The translations under genes were made by a program, and so were the position numbers. From Trueperaceae bacterium (GTDB lineage Bacteria > Deinococcota > Deinococci > Deinococcales > Trueperaceae), in contig OZ243927.1 of NCBI GenBank assembly GCA_965213925.1, positions 3,744,001 to 3,808,000 on the forward strand: 64,000 bases of DNA, in the 5' to 3' direction. Below, piece after piece: positions 47,394-56,370 of the stretch. The notes under the pieces were generated by a model. The model did no database searches. It was not told the DNA's origin and was given only the letters and a program-made list of their open reading frames with translations. Positions within the stretch are counted from its first letter, which is position 1. Each line of letters opens with the position of its first letter.

Positions 47394-48428
47394 ATGATTA
47401 AATCAGGGATGCCTATCCGCCTCAAAGCCACGCTCATCATCCTCGGTCTGGTCACGCTGCTCGCGCTACTCGGTCCTTTCTTTGTCCCTGTGCCCAGCTT
47501 AGAAACCGTGCCTAGCTCGAGCCTAGCCGAGCCGGACAGCCAATTCGTCCAGGTCAACGCGCCCGGCATGACCGGGCTGCAGGTCCACTACAAAGCGCAG
47601 GGAGAGGGCGAGCCGCACCTCCTCTTGCTGCACGGCTTCGGCGGCAGCACCTTCTCTTGGCGCGAAGTTCTAGGCGCGTTACCCGGCACTGCGGTCGCCT
47701 TCGACCGCCCCGGCTTCGGCTTGACCGAACGCCCGCTGCGCGGCGAATGGCAGGGCAGCAATCCGTACAGCCCAGCGGCGCAAGTGGACCTCGTGGTCGC
47801 GCTCATGGATGAGCTTGGTATGGAGGACGCGGTTCTGGTGGGCAACTCGGCGGGCGGCACCCTGGCGCTCAGGGTCGCGCTGGCGCACCCAGGGCGCGTC
47901 TCCGGCCTCGTCTTAGCGGACGCCGCCGTCTACGAGGGCGGCGGCGCGCCCAACTGGATCAGGCCATTCCTCAGTACGCCGCAAGTGAACCGCTTAGGTC
48001 CGCTCGTCGCGCGGCAGTTCGGCGGCGAACCCGGTCTCGACTTCTTGCGGAGCGCCTACGCCGATCCGACGAAACTCACCGAAGCGGACCTAGCGGGCTA
48101 TCAGCGTTGGCTCCAGGCGGACGACTGGGACGCCGCTCTGTGGGAACTCGTCAAGGCGAGCCGCACCGTCAACTTAACGCCGCAGCTCAGCCGTGTTCAG
48201 ACGCCCACGCTCGTCGTGACCGGGCAAGAGGACACGTTCGTCGCGCCCGTGCAGAGCGAACAGCTTGCCGAGACGCTGCCGGATGCCTTGTTCGTACCGT
48301 TACAAGGCTGCGGGCACTTGCCGCAGGAGGAGTGTCCAGGCGCGTTCGTAGAGGCAGTATCCAACTGGCTTACTCAAACGGGGTTAGTTCAGAGTAAGGT
48401 GACACAAGAAGTCGCGCGGCTCAAATGA
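47394..48428 (+). CDS. Alpha/beta hydrolase with N-terminal TM (start may be 47409)
   Basis: 'HGFG', 'GNSAGG', 'GQEDTF', 'GHLPQEE'. Confidence 0.92.
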   Translation: MIKSGMPIRLKATLIILGLVTLLALLGPFFVPVPSLETVPSSSLAEPDSQFVQVNAPGMTGLQVHYKAQGEGEPHLLLLHGFGGSTFSWREVLGALPGTAVAFDRPGFGLTERPLRGEWQGSNPYSPAAQVDLVVALMDELGMEDAVLVGNSAGGTLALRVALAHPGRVSGLVLADAAVYEGGGAPNWIRPFLSTPQVNRLGPLVARQFGGEPGLDFLRSAYADPTKLTEADLAGYQRWLQADDWDAALWELVKASRTVNLTPQLSRVQTPTLVVTGQEDTFVAPVQSEQLAETLPDALFVPLQGCGHLPQEECPGAFVEAVSNWLTQTGLVQSKVTQEVARLK

Positions 48429-48432
48429 ATGC

Positions 48433-49023
48433 CTACTCAAAGACAAGCTCTAACCCTGCCAACAGCCCCCACGCTTCAGGCAGGGACACCTGCGCGCCCG
48501 CCACCTTGTTGCTCAGCACATTGACCGCGTAGTTCTTCGCTCCTCGCAAATCCGCACCGGAGAGGTCACACTCCCTAAAGGTGCTCCCTGCGAAATCCGT
48601 ACCGCCAAAGTCAGTTTCTACAAACGTCATCTCAGTGAGGTAAAGCTCATGCGCCATGCACTCCGTGATGCGCCTCTTGCTCAAGTCCAGCCCGAGAAAG
48701 GTCGCGTAGTTGAGCGTACAAGCGTGAAAGTCCACGCTCACCTCTCGAGTCAAAGGTGTCGCTAGCAAAGACCAGTTGATACCGACTAGCGCGGTGCGCT
48801 CGAAGCGCGTATCTTGAAACTCCGCGTCGGTGACATCGGCTAGGCTCAAGTCGCAGTTTGAGAAAAGGCAGTCTGTGAAGCGGGAACGCTTAAAGCTCGA
48901 GCTGTTAAACTGACAGCCTCTAAACTCACAGTCGTAAAAGGTTATTCCCTCTAGGGGCTGTGAGGGGCAATCTAATTCTGTAAACGTTTCATCCTCGTAC
49001 ACCTTTTGTGTAAACAGCGTCAC
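48433..49023 (-). CDS. Pentapeptide-repeat protein
   Basis: Repeated xxFxx/ADLxx pentads; leaderless GTG after TACGCT. Confidence 0.88.
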   Translation of the reverse strand: MTLFTQKVYEDETFTELDCPSQPLEGITFYDCEFRGCQFNSSSFKRSRFTDCLFSNCDLSLADVTDAEFQDTRFERTALVGINWSLLATPLTREVSVDFHACTLNYATFLGLDLSKRRITECMAHELYLTEMTFVETDFGGTDFAGSTFRECDLSGADLRGAKNYAVNVLSNKVAGAQVSLPEAWGLLAGLELVFE

Positions 49024-49064
49024 AGTTAAGCGTAGCAAATTTCTCCGGGTGTTAGAGTAACTTT

Positions 49065-50096
49065 ATGGACCTACTCAAGCAACTCTCCGAAGTCGGCGGC
49101 GTGCCGGGGCGCGAAGAGCGCGTCCGCGAGCTGCTGCAACGCGAACTAGAAGGCGTCGTCGATTCACTTCACACCGACGCGATGGGCAACCTCATCGCCT
49201 ATAAGAAGGGCGACGGCAAGCGCGTCATGTTGAGCGCGCACATGGACGAAATCGGCTTCTACGTCAAATTTGTGGACGACAAAGGCTTTTTACGCGTACA
49301 GAACGTCGGCGGTTTCGATACGCGCAACCTCTTCGCGCGACCTGTCACCGTGCAGACCAAAAGTGGCGACTTAGTCGGCGTCATGAACCCGGCGACAAAG
49401 CCTATCCACATTTCTACCGCCGAGGAACGTAAAAAAATCCCGCAGATGAACGAGTTCGCCATCGACTTAGGGATGGACACAGACGAGGTCAAGGAAAAGG
49501 TGCGCGTCGGCGACCCCGTGACGCTCATTCAGGAGTTTCGCGACCTAGGCGAGGTCGTGACGGGCAAAGCGCTCGACGACCGGGTGAGCTGCTGGATTTT
49601 AGTCGAAGTGCTCAAAAAGCTCGAGAATCCTACTTACGACGTTTACGCCGTCTTTAGCACCCAAGAAGAGGTCGGCTTGCGGGGCGCGACGACGGGCGCG
49701 TTCGGCGTGGAGCCAGAGATCGGCATCGCCCTCGACACCACGCTCGCGGTGGACACCCCCGGCACGAGCGACGACCAGCGTGTGACGAAGTTGGGCGCGG
49801 GTACGGCGCTCAAGGTGATGGACTCCGCGTCCATCAGCACCCGCTGGCTCCTGGACGAATTCGTACAGGGGTCGCCGAGAAGAACAGCGTTCGCTTATCA
49901 GTTTGAAATTTTGCCCTTAGGCGGCACGGACGCGGGTGCGATCCAAAAGAGTCGCGCGGGCGTTCCTACCCTCACCATTTCGACGCCCTCACGCTACGTG
50001 CACACCGTGACCGAGATGGTTGCCAAATCAGATGTAAACGCGGCGATCGAGCTACTGACTCACTTTCTCATGGAGGAGCGTTCCACGAACGAGTAG
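49065..50096 (+). CDS. M42-family aminopeptidase
   Basis: 'SAHMDEIG', 'KALDDR', 'QEEVGLRGA', 'GGTDAG', 'RYVHT'. Confidence 0.93.
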   Translation: MDLLKQLSEVGGVPGREERVRELLQRELEGVVDSLHTDAMGNLIAYKKGDGKRVMLSAHMDEIGFYVKFVDDKGFLRVQNVGGFDTRNLFARPVTVQTKSGDLVGVMNPATKPIHISTAEERKKIPQMNEFAIDLGMDTDEVKEKVRVGDPVTLIQEFRDLGEVVTGKALDDRVSCWILVEVLKKLENPTYDVYAVFSTQEEVGLRGATTGAFGVEPEIGIALDTTLAVDTPGTSDDQRVTKLGAGTALKVMDSASISTRWLLDEFVQGSPRRTAFAYQFEILPLGGTDAGAIQKSRAGVPTLTISTPSRYVHTVTEMVAKSDVNAAIELLTHFLMEERSTNE

Positions 50097-50240
50097 TTGG
50101 CAACTGATGATGGAGCGAAGGCGGCGCTTTTGTTACCGCAGCGCCGCCTAAACAAGCCTAAATAAGAAGGTTAAATGAGACAGTCTTTGCATTTATAGTT
50201 GGCACAGTGAGAGCGTCTCTTCGTAACACTTCGTGCACTA

Positions 50241-50351
50241 TAGCAGTTCACATAAGCACTGAGCTTGAATCACGCAAGTATCATTTCCAAACGTGCGCGC
50301 TAGACTGCGTTCCCTCTTCTCGGATTGGCTCAAACCAAATGATACTTGCTA
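50241..50351 (-). repeat. MITE-like repeat family A, copy 5
   Basis: 111 bp, ends TATAGCA/TGCTATA; reverse complement differs from 61762-61872 at a single base. Confidence 0.95.
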
Positions 50352-50451
50352 TATTTCTATTCGCGTCCGCTCAGGTCGGTCTTCTATCACAAAGGCTCGA
50401 GCTAGAGGAGATTTGGTCAAGCTCGTTCTTCGGATGCGCTAAACTGAGACT

Positions 50452-50631
50452 ATGAAACCCGAGTACATCTCCTGGCAAAAGGATGACATACGGTCAAGGT
50501 GTTTAGAAGAGTATCCCAACCTCTGGACGCAGGGCGAGAGCGAAGCGGAGCTTAGAGAGAACCTCACCAACATTTGCAAAGACGTAGAAATATTGGAAGT
50601 CAAGTCTGGGGGTGCTTATGGACGCAGTTAG
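50452..50631 (+). pseudogene. Degenerate HicB-like antitoxin copy
   Basis: MKPEYISWQKDDIRSRCLEEYPNLWTQGESEAELRENL..., a diverged duplicate of 51250-51420. Confidence 0.7.
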
Positions 50632-51217
50632 AGAACGCTCTGTCAACTGGCAACCGCTCGTCATGCGCCTCCCGGCATTTGAGCTGAACGCCGACACTTT
50701 CTTCCATATTGCTCAAGCCAATCAGGACCTCCGCATGGAGTTAAGCGCCGAAGGAGACCTTATCGTCATGCCGCCCGCCGGAGGCAACACGAGTAGCCGC
50801 AACGCCGAACTTACTGCTCAATTCGTCTTTTGGAACCGCCAACATAAGCGGGGCAAGGTCTTCGATTCTTCTGGAGGGTTCATCTTAGCAAACGGCGCGG
50901 TTCGTTCACCCGATATATCCTGGGTCAGCGAGGAGAGATTGGCTGAGCTGACAGACGTACAAAGGGAAAAGTTTCTCCCGCTCTGTCCCGAGTTCGTCTT
51001 AGAGCTTCGCTCCCCTTCTGACCGCCTCAGCGTCGTTAAAGAAAAGATGCAAGAGTATATGGAGAACGGCGCAGAATTAGGCTGGCTTATCGACCCGCAG
51101 GAGAGGCGCGTTTACATCTATACGGCTGATGGCGTGGAGGAACTCGAGCAGCCTCAAGAGGTTGTGGGAACGGGTGTGTTAGAGGGATTTAGGCTCGAGT
51201 TGGCGGAGATTTGGTGA
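50618..51217 (+). CDS. Uma2-family endonuclease-like protein
   Basis: 'RMELSAEGDLIVMPP', 'FDSSGGF', 'RSPDISW', 'CPEFVLELRSPSD'. Confidence 0.93.
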   Translation: MDAVRERSVNWQPLVMRLPAFELNADTFFHIAQANQDLRMELSAEGDLIVMPPAGGNTSSRNAELTAQFVFWNRQHKRGKVFDSSGGFILANGAVRSPDISWVSEERLAELTDVQREKFLPLCPEFVLELRSPSDRLSVVKEKMQEYMENGAELGWLIDPQERRVYIYTADGVEELEQPQEVVGTGVLEGFRLELAEIW

Positions 51218-51249
51218 GGTTGGTTCTTCGGATACGCTAAAATGAAGCT

Positions 51250-51420
51250 ATGAAACCTAAGTACGTTTATTGGCAAGAGGACGACATGTGGTTAGGCTAT
51301 TTGGAAGAGTATCCTGACTACTGGACGCAGGGCGAGAGTGAAGCGGAGTTGCGGGAGAATCTCCTCGACATTTATAAAGACGTGAGCAGCGGCGCTATTT
51401 CAAGTATTGGATTCTTGTAA
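51250..51420 (+). CDS. HicB-family antitoxin-like small protein (possibly 3'-altered)
   Basis: MKPKYVYWQEDDMWLGYLEEYPDYWTQGESEAELRENLLDIYKD; TAAAAT 6 nt before the ATG; below the ORF-track size cutoff. Confidence 0.78.
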   Translation: MKPKYVYWQEDDMWLGYLEEYPDYWTQGESEAELRENLLDIYKDVSSGAISSIGFL

Positions 51421-51447
51421 AGCACTGAGGATTGAAGAAAAATAAAC

Positions 51448-52218
51448 GGTAGTGGTCGCGTCTCGAATGCTACAATAAGACATGGTTACGAAGATAGTGA
51501 GTTGTTACCACTGCGGTAGCGAGAACATCGTCAAGAACGGCGTAGCGCCGAATGGCAAGCAGAAGTACCGCTGTAAGGACTGTAAGAAGCAGAGTCGCGA
51601 GGAGCCGAGCCCGAACGGATACACCGAGCCGCGTAAAGAGGAGATTCTAAGTGCCTACGAGGAGCGTTCAAGTTTGAGAGGACTAGAGCGCACCTTCGGT
51701 GTAGCGCGTAGCACGGTGAGTCGCTGGCTCAAAAAAAACGAAGAAAACTCCCAGCCCTAAAAGACACCCTGGTCTCGTTCGACCAGCCTCAACACGTAGA
51801 GCTAGAACTTGATGAGATGCACTCGTTTGTGCAGAAGAAAGCGAAGAAGCGTTGGGTATGGGTGGCGCTATGTAAGCAGACCCGTCAAGTCGTTGCCTGC
51901 GTCATAGGTGGGCGCGGCGCAGCTACCTGTAAGCAACTCTGGAAAGGTATCCCTCAAAGCTACAAGCAAGGTCTCTGTTACAGCGACTTCTGGGACGCCT
52001 ACCAAAGCGTACTACCAGACGAACACCACCAACCCGTCAGTAAAGCCTCTGGCTTAACCGCTCATGTCGAACGTTTTAACAATACCTTGCGCCAACGCCT
52101 CGCTCGCTTCGTCCGCAAGACCCTAGCCTTCTCCAAGTCCGAGCATATGCACCTTACCTGCTTGCACCGTTTCCTCGTTCGCTACAACCTAGAAATCATT
52201 CGGGATTGAACCACTACC
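51448..52218 (+). mobile_element. Complete IS1-family insertion sequence (771 bp)
   Basis: Ends GGTAGTGGT.../...ACCACTACC; 8-bp target duplication AAATAAAC at 51440-51447 and 52219-52226. Confidence 0.96.
51482..52209 (+). CDS. IS1 transposase InsAB' (programmed -1 frameshift)
   Basis: InsA Zn finger CxxC/CxxC plus HTH (51482-51760); A8C slippery site at 51731-51739; InsB 'LDEMHSFV', 'SDFWDAY', 'VERFNNTLRQR'. Confidence 0.93.
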
Positions 52219-52818
52219 AAATAAACGTCTTTGAGATCACTCTTTAACGCAGAAATATATTTGTGAGGCGCAAAAGGGCGGTATTTATTGTCTGACCAGT
52301 TATACCCCTCTTGCAAAATAGCGATGAGAAAAGCGGGTCTACCCGTATCAGCTTCCCATATACCCTCCGAGATAACTGCTCCTGCTGGTAAAAATCCTTT
52401 TTTCTTGTCCCCAGAATGGGGAGTCAAATCTACCGGGTGAGATAGCAGACGGCGAACTATGCGAAACTCATACAAAGCCGTTTCTGGTTCGGTAGGGAAA
52501 GGTTCGCCCAAAATATCCTGAGCAAGTTTTTGTAGCGCTCTCTCCAAAGTGTAAACAACACTAAAAATAGCATAGATGTCGTAAATTCTCTCACCTCGCG
52601 TTTCTCTATCTACTGTTTCATCAAATGCTTCTAGCGCTTCTACCGCGTTACTCAAAGTCTGGATTGTTACGAGTCTTTCTGCAGCATCAGGTGACGATTC
52701 TACACCTACACTTATTTCTGAAAAATAGAGGCTGCGAATTTGCTGGACAAGATCGACCAATTGACCCATAAAAGTATTGTATGAAGTTTTCAGACATGAC
52801 ACAGCAAATAACTTTTTG

Positions 52819-52963
52819 TTGACAAGCTCACCACCAAGCGCTACCATATCCCCAAGATGACTTACTCCTTCACCACCCTACGACTAGGAGGCTCTAAGCA
52901 CGAGTGACCTCTTAGCCGCTCTTGCTTGCCTCCCCGACCTCTTGATGGTTGGGGTTTTTCTTT
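52819..52963 (+). promoter_or_regulatory. leuS promoter, leader peptide and terminator (candidate attenuator)
   Basis: TTGACA-N17-TACCAT; uORF 52857-52907 MTYSFTTLRLGGSKHE; hairpin CCCCGACC/GGTTGGGG followed by TTTTTCTTT. Confidence 0.65.
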
Positions 52964-53054
52964 GGTTTCCAGAACAGATAGCCGTTAGCTGATACCATAT
53001 AAAAGCTAATGGCTAACCGCTAATACCTAAAAGCTTTCTTCAAGGAGTCTAAAC

Positions 53055-55562
53055 ATGGCTGACACCGTAGCCGACTACAAAAGCGAAAAATACAACCCGC
53101 ACGAAATCGAACCCAAGTGGCAGCAGCGTTGGGAAGAGGCGGGCACGTACGAAGTTGACTTGCACGCGGACCAGGATAGGTTTTACTACCTCACCATGTA
53201 CCCCTATCCCTCGGGCGACTTGCACGTGGGTCACTGGTACGCCTTCGCTGTGCCGGACGCCTACGCGCGGTTTCAGCGGATGCGCGGCAAGAATGTGCTG
53301 TTCCCGATGGGCTTCGATGCGTTTGGGCTTCCAGCGGAGAACGCGGCGATCAAGGCGGCGCGCGAGGGCAAAGAGGTCCATCCGGCGCGTTTGACGTATG
53401 AGCGCATCGACTTCATGGAAAAACAGTTCAAGCAGATGGGCGCGATTTTCGACTGGTCTAAAAAAGTCGTTACCTCCGACCCGGAGTATTATAAGTGGAA
53501 CCAGTGGTTCTTTATTCAAATGTTTAAGCGTGGTTTGGCGTACCGCAAGGAGTCGTTCGTCAACTGGGACCCGGTGGACAAGACGGTCTTGGCGAATGAG
53601 CAGGTGATTGACGGGCGCGGGGACCGCTCGGGCGCGCTTATCGAGCGGCGCTTGATGCCTCAGTGGCACTTCAAGATCACAGACTACGCGGACGAGTTGT
53701 TGGACTTCTCGAGCGTAGACTGGCCAGAGCGCGTCCGGCTCATGCAAACCAACTGGATAGGGCGCTCCGAGGGCGCGAACGTGACCTTTAAGAGTGAAGA
53801 GGGCGACGACATCACCGTATTCACGACTCGACCGGACACGCTCTGGGGCGCGACCTTCATGGTGTTAGCGCCGGAGCATCCGCTGGTGGAGAAGTTGACG
53901 ACTGACGAGCATAAAGACGCAGTAAAGGCGTATGTGGAACGCGCCTCGAGGATGAGCGAAATCGACCGCCAAGCCGAGGGCAAGGAGAAGACGGGCGAGT
54001 TTATCGGCGCGTACGCTGTCAATCCGGTGAACGACGAGCGCATCCCTATCTGGATTGCGGATTACGTGATGATGGGCTACGGCACGGGCGCGATCATGGC
54101 GGTTCCCTTTGGCGACCAACGCGACTTCGAGTTTGCGCGGAAGTTTGGCTTGGATATCGTTCCCGTCGTGCAGCCCGAAGGTGAGGAGCCCTTTGACGCC
54201 GACACGATGAGCGAAGCCTACGCGGGTCCGGGCGTGCTCGTGAACAGCGGACCCATCGACGGCAAAATGAATAACGGCGAGAAGGGGCGCAACAATCCGG
54301 CGGTTGCGGCGGCGATTGACTATCTCGAGGCGCACACCATAGGTGAGGGCAAAATCACCTACCGCTTGCGCGACTGGCTCATCTCGCGTCAGCGCTACTG
54401 GGGCACACCTATTCCTATGCTCTACTGCGACGAGTGCGGCATCGTCGCGGAGAAAGAGGAGAACTTACCCGTCCGCTTGCCCGAAGATGTTGCGTTTATG
54501 CCGACGGGCGAGTCGCCCTTGAAGCACCACGAAGATTTTTTGAACGCGACCTGCCCCGAGTGCGGCGGACCGGCGAAGCGCGAGACCGACACGATGGACA
54601 CCTTTATGGACTCGTCGTGGTACTGGTTCCGCTACCTCTCGCCGCACAAAGAGGACGCGCCTTTGGATAAGGAACTCGTCAGAGCGTGGACGCCCGTCGA
54701 CCTCTACACGGGCGGCATCGAGCACGCGATTTTGCACCTCCTCTACGCCCGCTTTTTCACCAAGGTGTTGCGCGATTTGGATTTAACCCAGTCGAGCGAA
54801 CCCTTCAAGAAACTCCGCAACCAGGGCATCATCTTGGGCGAGGACAGCGAGAAGATGTCGAAGTCGCGGGGCAACACCGTCAACCCTGACGCCTTGGTGG
54901 ACGAATACGGCGCGGACGCAGTGCGGGCGTACTTGATGTTCATCGGTCCCTGGGAGCAGGGCGGACCGTGGAATTCGTCGGGCATCGAGGGTGTGGCGCG
55001 GTTTCTGAACCGCGTGTGGGCGCTCATCTCGGATGAGGCGACAGGTGAAGGTGCGGCGGATGAGGCGGCGCGTCAAGAGGTGCGCCGCGCGGCGCACACT
55101 GCTATCAAAGAGGTCACGGAAGACTTGGAGAACTTCCAGTTCAACACGGCGATTGCTGAACTGATGACCTTGGTCAACGCGATGAGCAAGGCGAAAAAGA
55201 GCGCGGTGGTCGAGACCGACGAGTGGCAAGAAGGGCGTGAAATGCTCTTACGCTTGACTGCGCCCTTCACACCGCACATCGCTGAGGAGTTGTGGGATAG
55301 AGTGGGCTTTGAAGGCTCCGTTCACGCGCAAGCCTGGCCCGAGTACGACGAGAGCGCCTTGGAGCAAAACACCCTCACCCTCGCGGTGCAGGTCAATGGC
55401 AAGCGGCGCGGCGAGGTAGAAGTGCCGAAAGATGCGGACAAAAACGCCATCCTGAACGCGGCGAAAGCGGAGCCGAACGTGGCGCGGTATATGGAAGGTG
55501 TCAACATCGTGCGAGAGATTGTTGTGCCGGGACGGTTAGTTAATATTGTGGTGAAAGGTTAA
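53055..55562 (+). CDS. leuS: Leucine--tRNA ligase
   Basis: 'MYPYPSGDLHVGH', 'DWLISRQRYWG', 'GGIEHAILHL', 'KMSKS'. Confidence 0.98.
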   Translation: MADTVADYKSEKYNPHEIEPKWQQRWEEAGTYEVDLHADQDRFYYLTMYPYPSGDLHVGHWYAFAVPDAYARFQRMRGKNVLFPMGFDAFGLPAENAAIKAAREGKEVHPARLTYERIDFMEKQFKQMGAIFDWSKKVVTSDPEYYKWNQWFFIQMFKRGLAYRKESFVNWDPVDKTVLANEQVIDGRGDRSGALIERRLMPQWHFKITDYADELLDFSSVDWPERVRLMQTNWIGRSEGANVTFKSEEGDDITVFTTRPDTLWGATFMVLAPEHPLVEKLTTDEHKDAVKAYVERASRMSEIDRQAEGKEKTGEFIGAYAVNPVNDERIPIWIADYVMMGYGTGAIMAVPFGDQRDFEFARKFGLDIVPVVQPEGEEPFDADTMSEAYAGPGVLVNSGPIDGKMNNGEKGRNNPAVAAAIDYLEAHTIGEGKITYRLRDWLISRQRYWGTPIPMLYCDECGIVAEKEENLPVRLPEDVAFMPTGESPLKHHEDFLNATCPECGGPAKRETDTMDTFMDSSWYWFRYLSPHKEDAPLDKELVRAWTPVDLYTGGIEHAILHLLYARFFTKVLRDLDLTQSSEPFKKLRNQGIILGEDSEKMSKSRGNTVNPDALVDEYGADAVRAYLMFIGPWEQGGPWNSSGIEGVARFLNRVWALISDEATGEGAADEAARQEVRRAAHTAIKEVTEDLENFQFNTAIAELMTLVNAMSKAKKSAVVETDEWQEGREMLLRLTAPFTPHIAEELWDRVGFEGSVHAQAWPEYDESALEQNTLTLAVQVNGKRRGEVEVPKDADKNAILNAAKAEPNVARYMEGVNIVREIVVPGRLVNIVVKG

Positions 55563-55565
55563 AGA

Positions 55566-55622
55566 CAGTAGTCAGCATTCAGTAGTCAGCATAAAAACTT
55601 GACTACTGAATGCTGACTACTG
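55566..55622. repeat. Heptamer-repeat inverted hairpin after leuS
   Basis: Perfect 23-bp inverted repeat CAGTAGTCAGCATTCAGTAGTCA. Confidence 0.85.
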
Positions 55623-56184
55623 ATTCCTCGAACAACGGTAAGCTCTCTGCGTAGACGACTTTCTTGCTCCCTTTGAGACGCCGCAGCTTAGGTTCTCCAA
55701 ACGTCAGCTCTTTCATTCGGTAAGGTGGGTAGACCCGGCACCACTTACGCGCCTCGTCAAATTGAACGAAACAGACCCACGCCTCGCTTTGACCCAAGAT
55801 CGGGTCTTTGCGGTATTGTCCCGCCTGAAACGTCCACGATAAGCCGTAACGCACTGCATTTTTCGTCGTTTGTGTTTTCACGGCGAGCCCAACCCCGTTC
55901 ACAAAGAGGTCGGCGTCCCACGACTTCTGTTTGCCCTCATAAATTCGGTAGTCAGGTCCGCGAACGGTTTGCCCAGACGATTCAAAAACCTCTTTGACCG
56001 CCTCTTCCCCGACTTTGCTGACAAAATGGTCGTGGCGGATTTTCTGTAGGTTATATTGGCTCGAGTCCCTATACCCCTTACCAAGCGTACCCACCGTCGG
56101 CGTCACCTGCGCCGCAAACTGGGCGGCTTTCGCTATAAGGTTAGGTCGAACCGAAACAGCTGTAATCTGCTCAAAATAGCGCAT
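55603..56184 (-). CDS. Hypothetical protein, possible PD-(D/E)XK nuclease fold
   Basis: 'SKVGEEAV...PDY...WDADLFVNGVGLAVKTQ'. Confidence 0.6.
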   Translation of the reverse strand: MRYFEQITAVSVRPNLIAKAAQFAAQVTPTVGTLGKGYRDSSQYNLQKIRHDHFVSKVGEEAVKEVFESSGQTVRGPDYRIYEGKQKSWDADLFVNGVGLAVKTQTTKNAVRYGLSWTFQAGQYRKDPILGQSEAWVCFVQFDEARKWCRVYPPYRMKELTFGEPKLRRLKGSKKVVYAESLPLFEESVVSIQ

Positions 56185-56370
56185 CCCTAACGCTAGCGCG
56201 TACCGCGGCTCGGACAAAAGCGACTATCTCACGCAGGTAGATGTAGCGGCGCGACCTCGGATAAGCGCTGCACCCGCTTCGTTCACTCGAGCACGTTCAC
56301 TGCGCTGAGCCTCGCCGGTGAAGGTTCATCTACCCCGAACGAAACGCCGCGAAAAAGTTTACAGTAAAGA

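Larger units (their letters stand above)
51400..52769 (-). pseudogene. Low-GC orphan gene interrupted by IS1
   Basis: Removing the IS and one target repeat restores a 196-aa ORF from ATG 52769 (TACAAT-N6-ATG) ending ...DVYFSSILSALQESNT* at 51400. Confidence 0.8.

Noticed and set aside
50207..50455. 82-aa ORF across MITE copy 5
   Set aside because: A chance frame through the repeat and the Uma2 tail remnant.
52770..52847. Upstream start at 52847 for the orphan gene
   Set aside because: It overlaps the leuS promoter; ATG 52769 has a properly spaced TACAAT.
53049..53747. Long antisense ORFs within leuS and other genes
   Set aside because: Shadow ORFs expected from GC-rich codon usage; no recognisable motifs.
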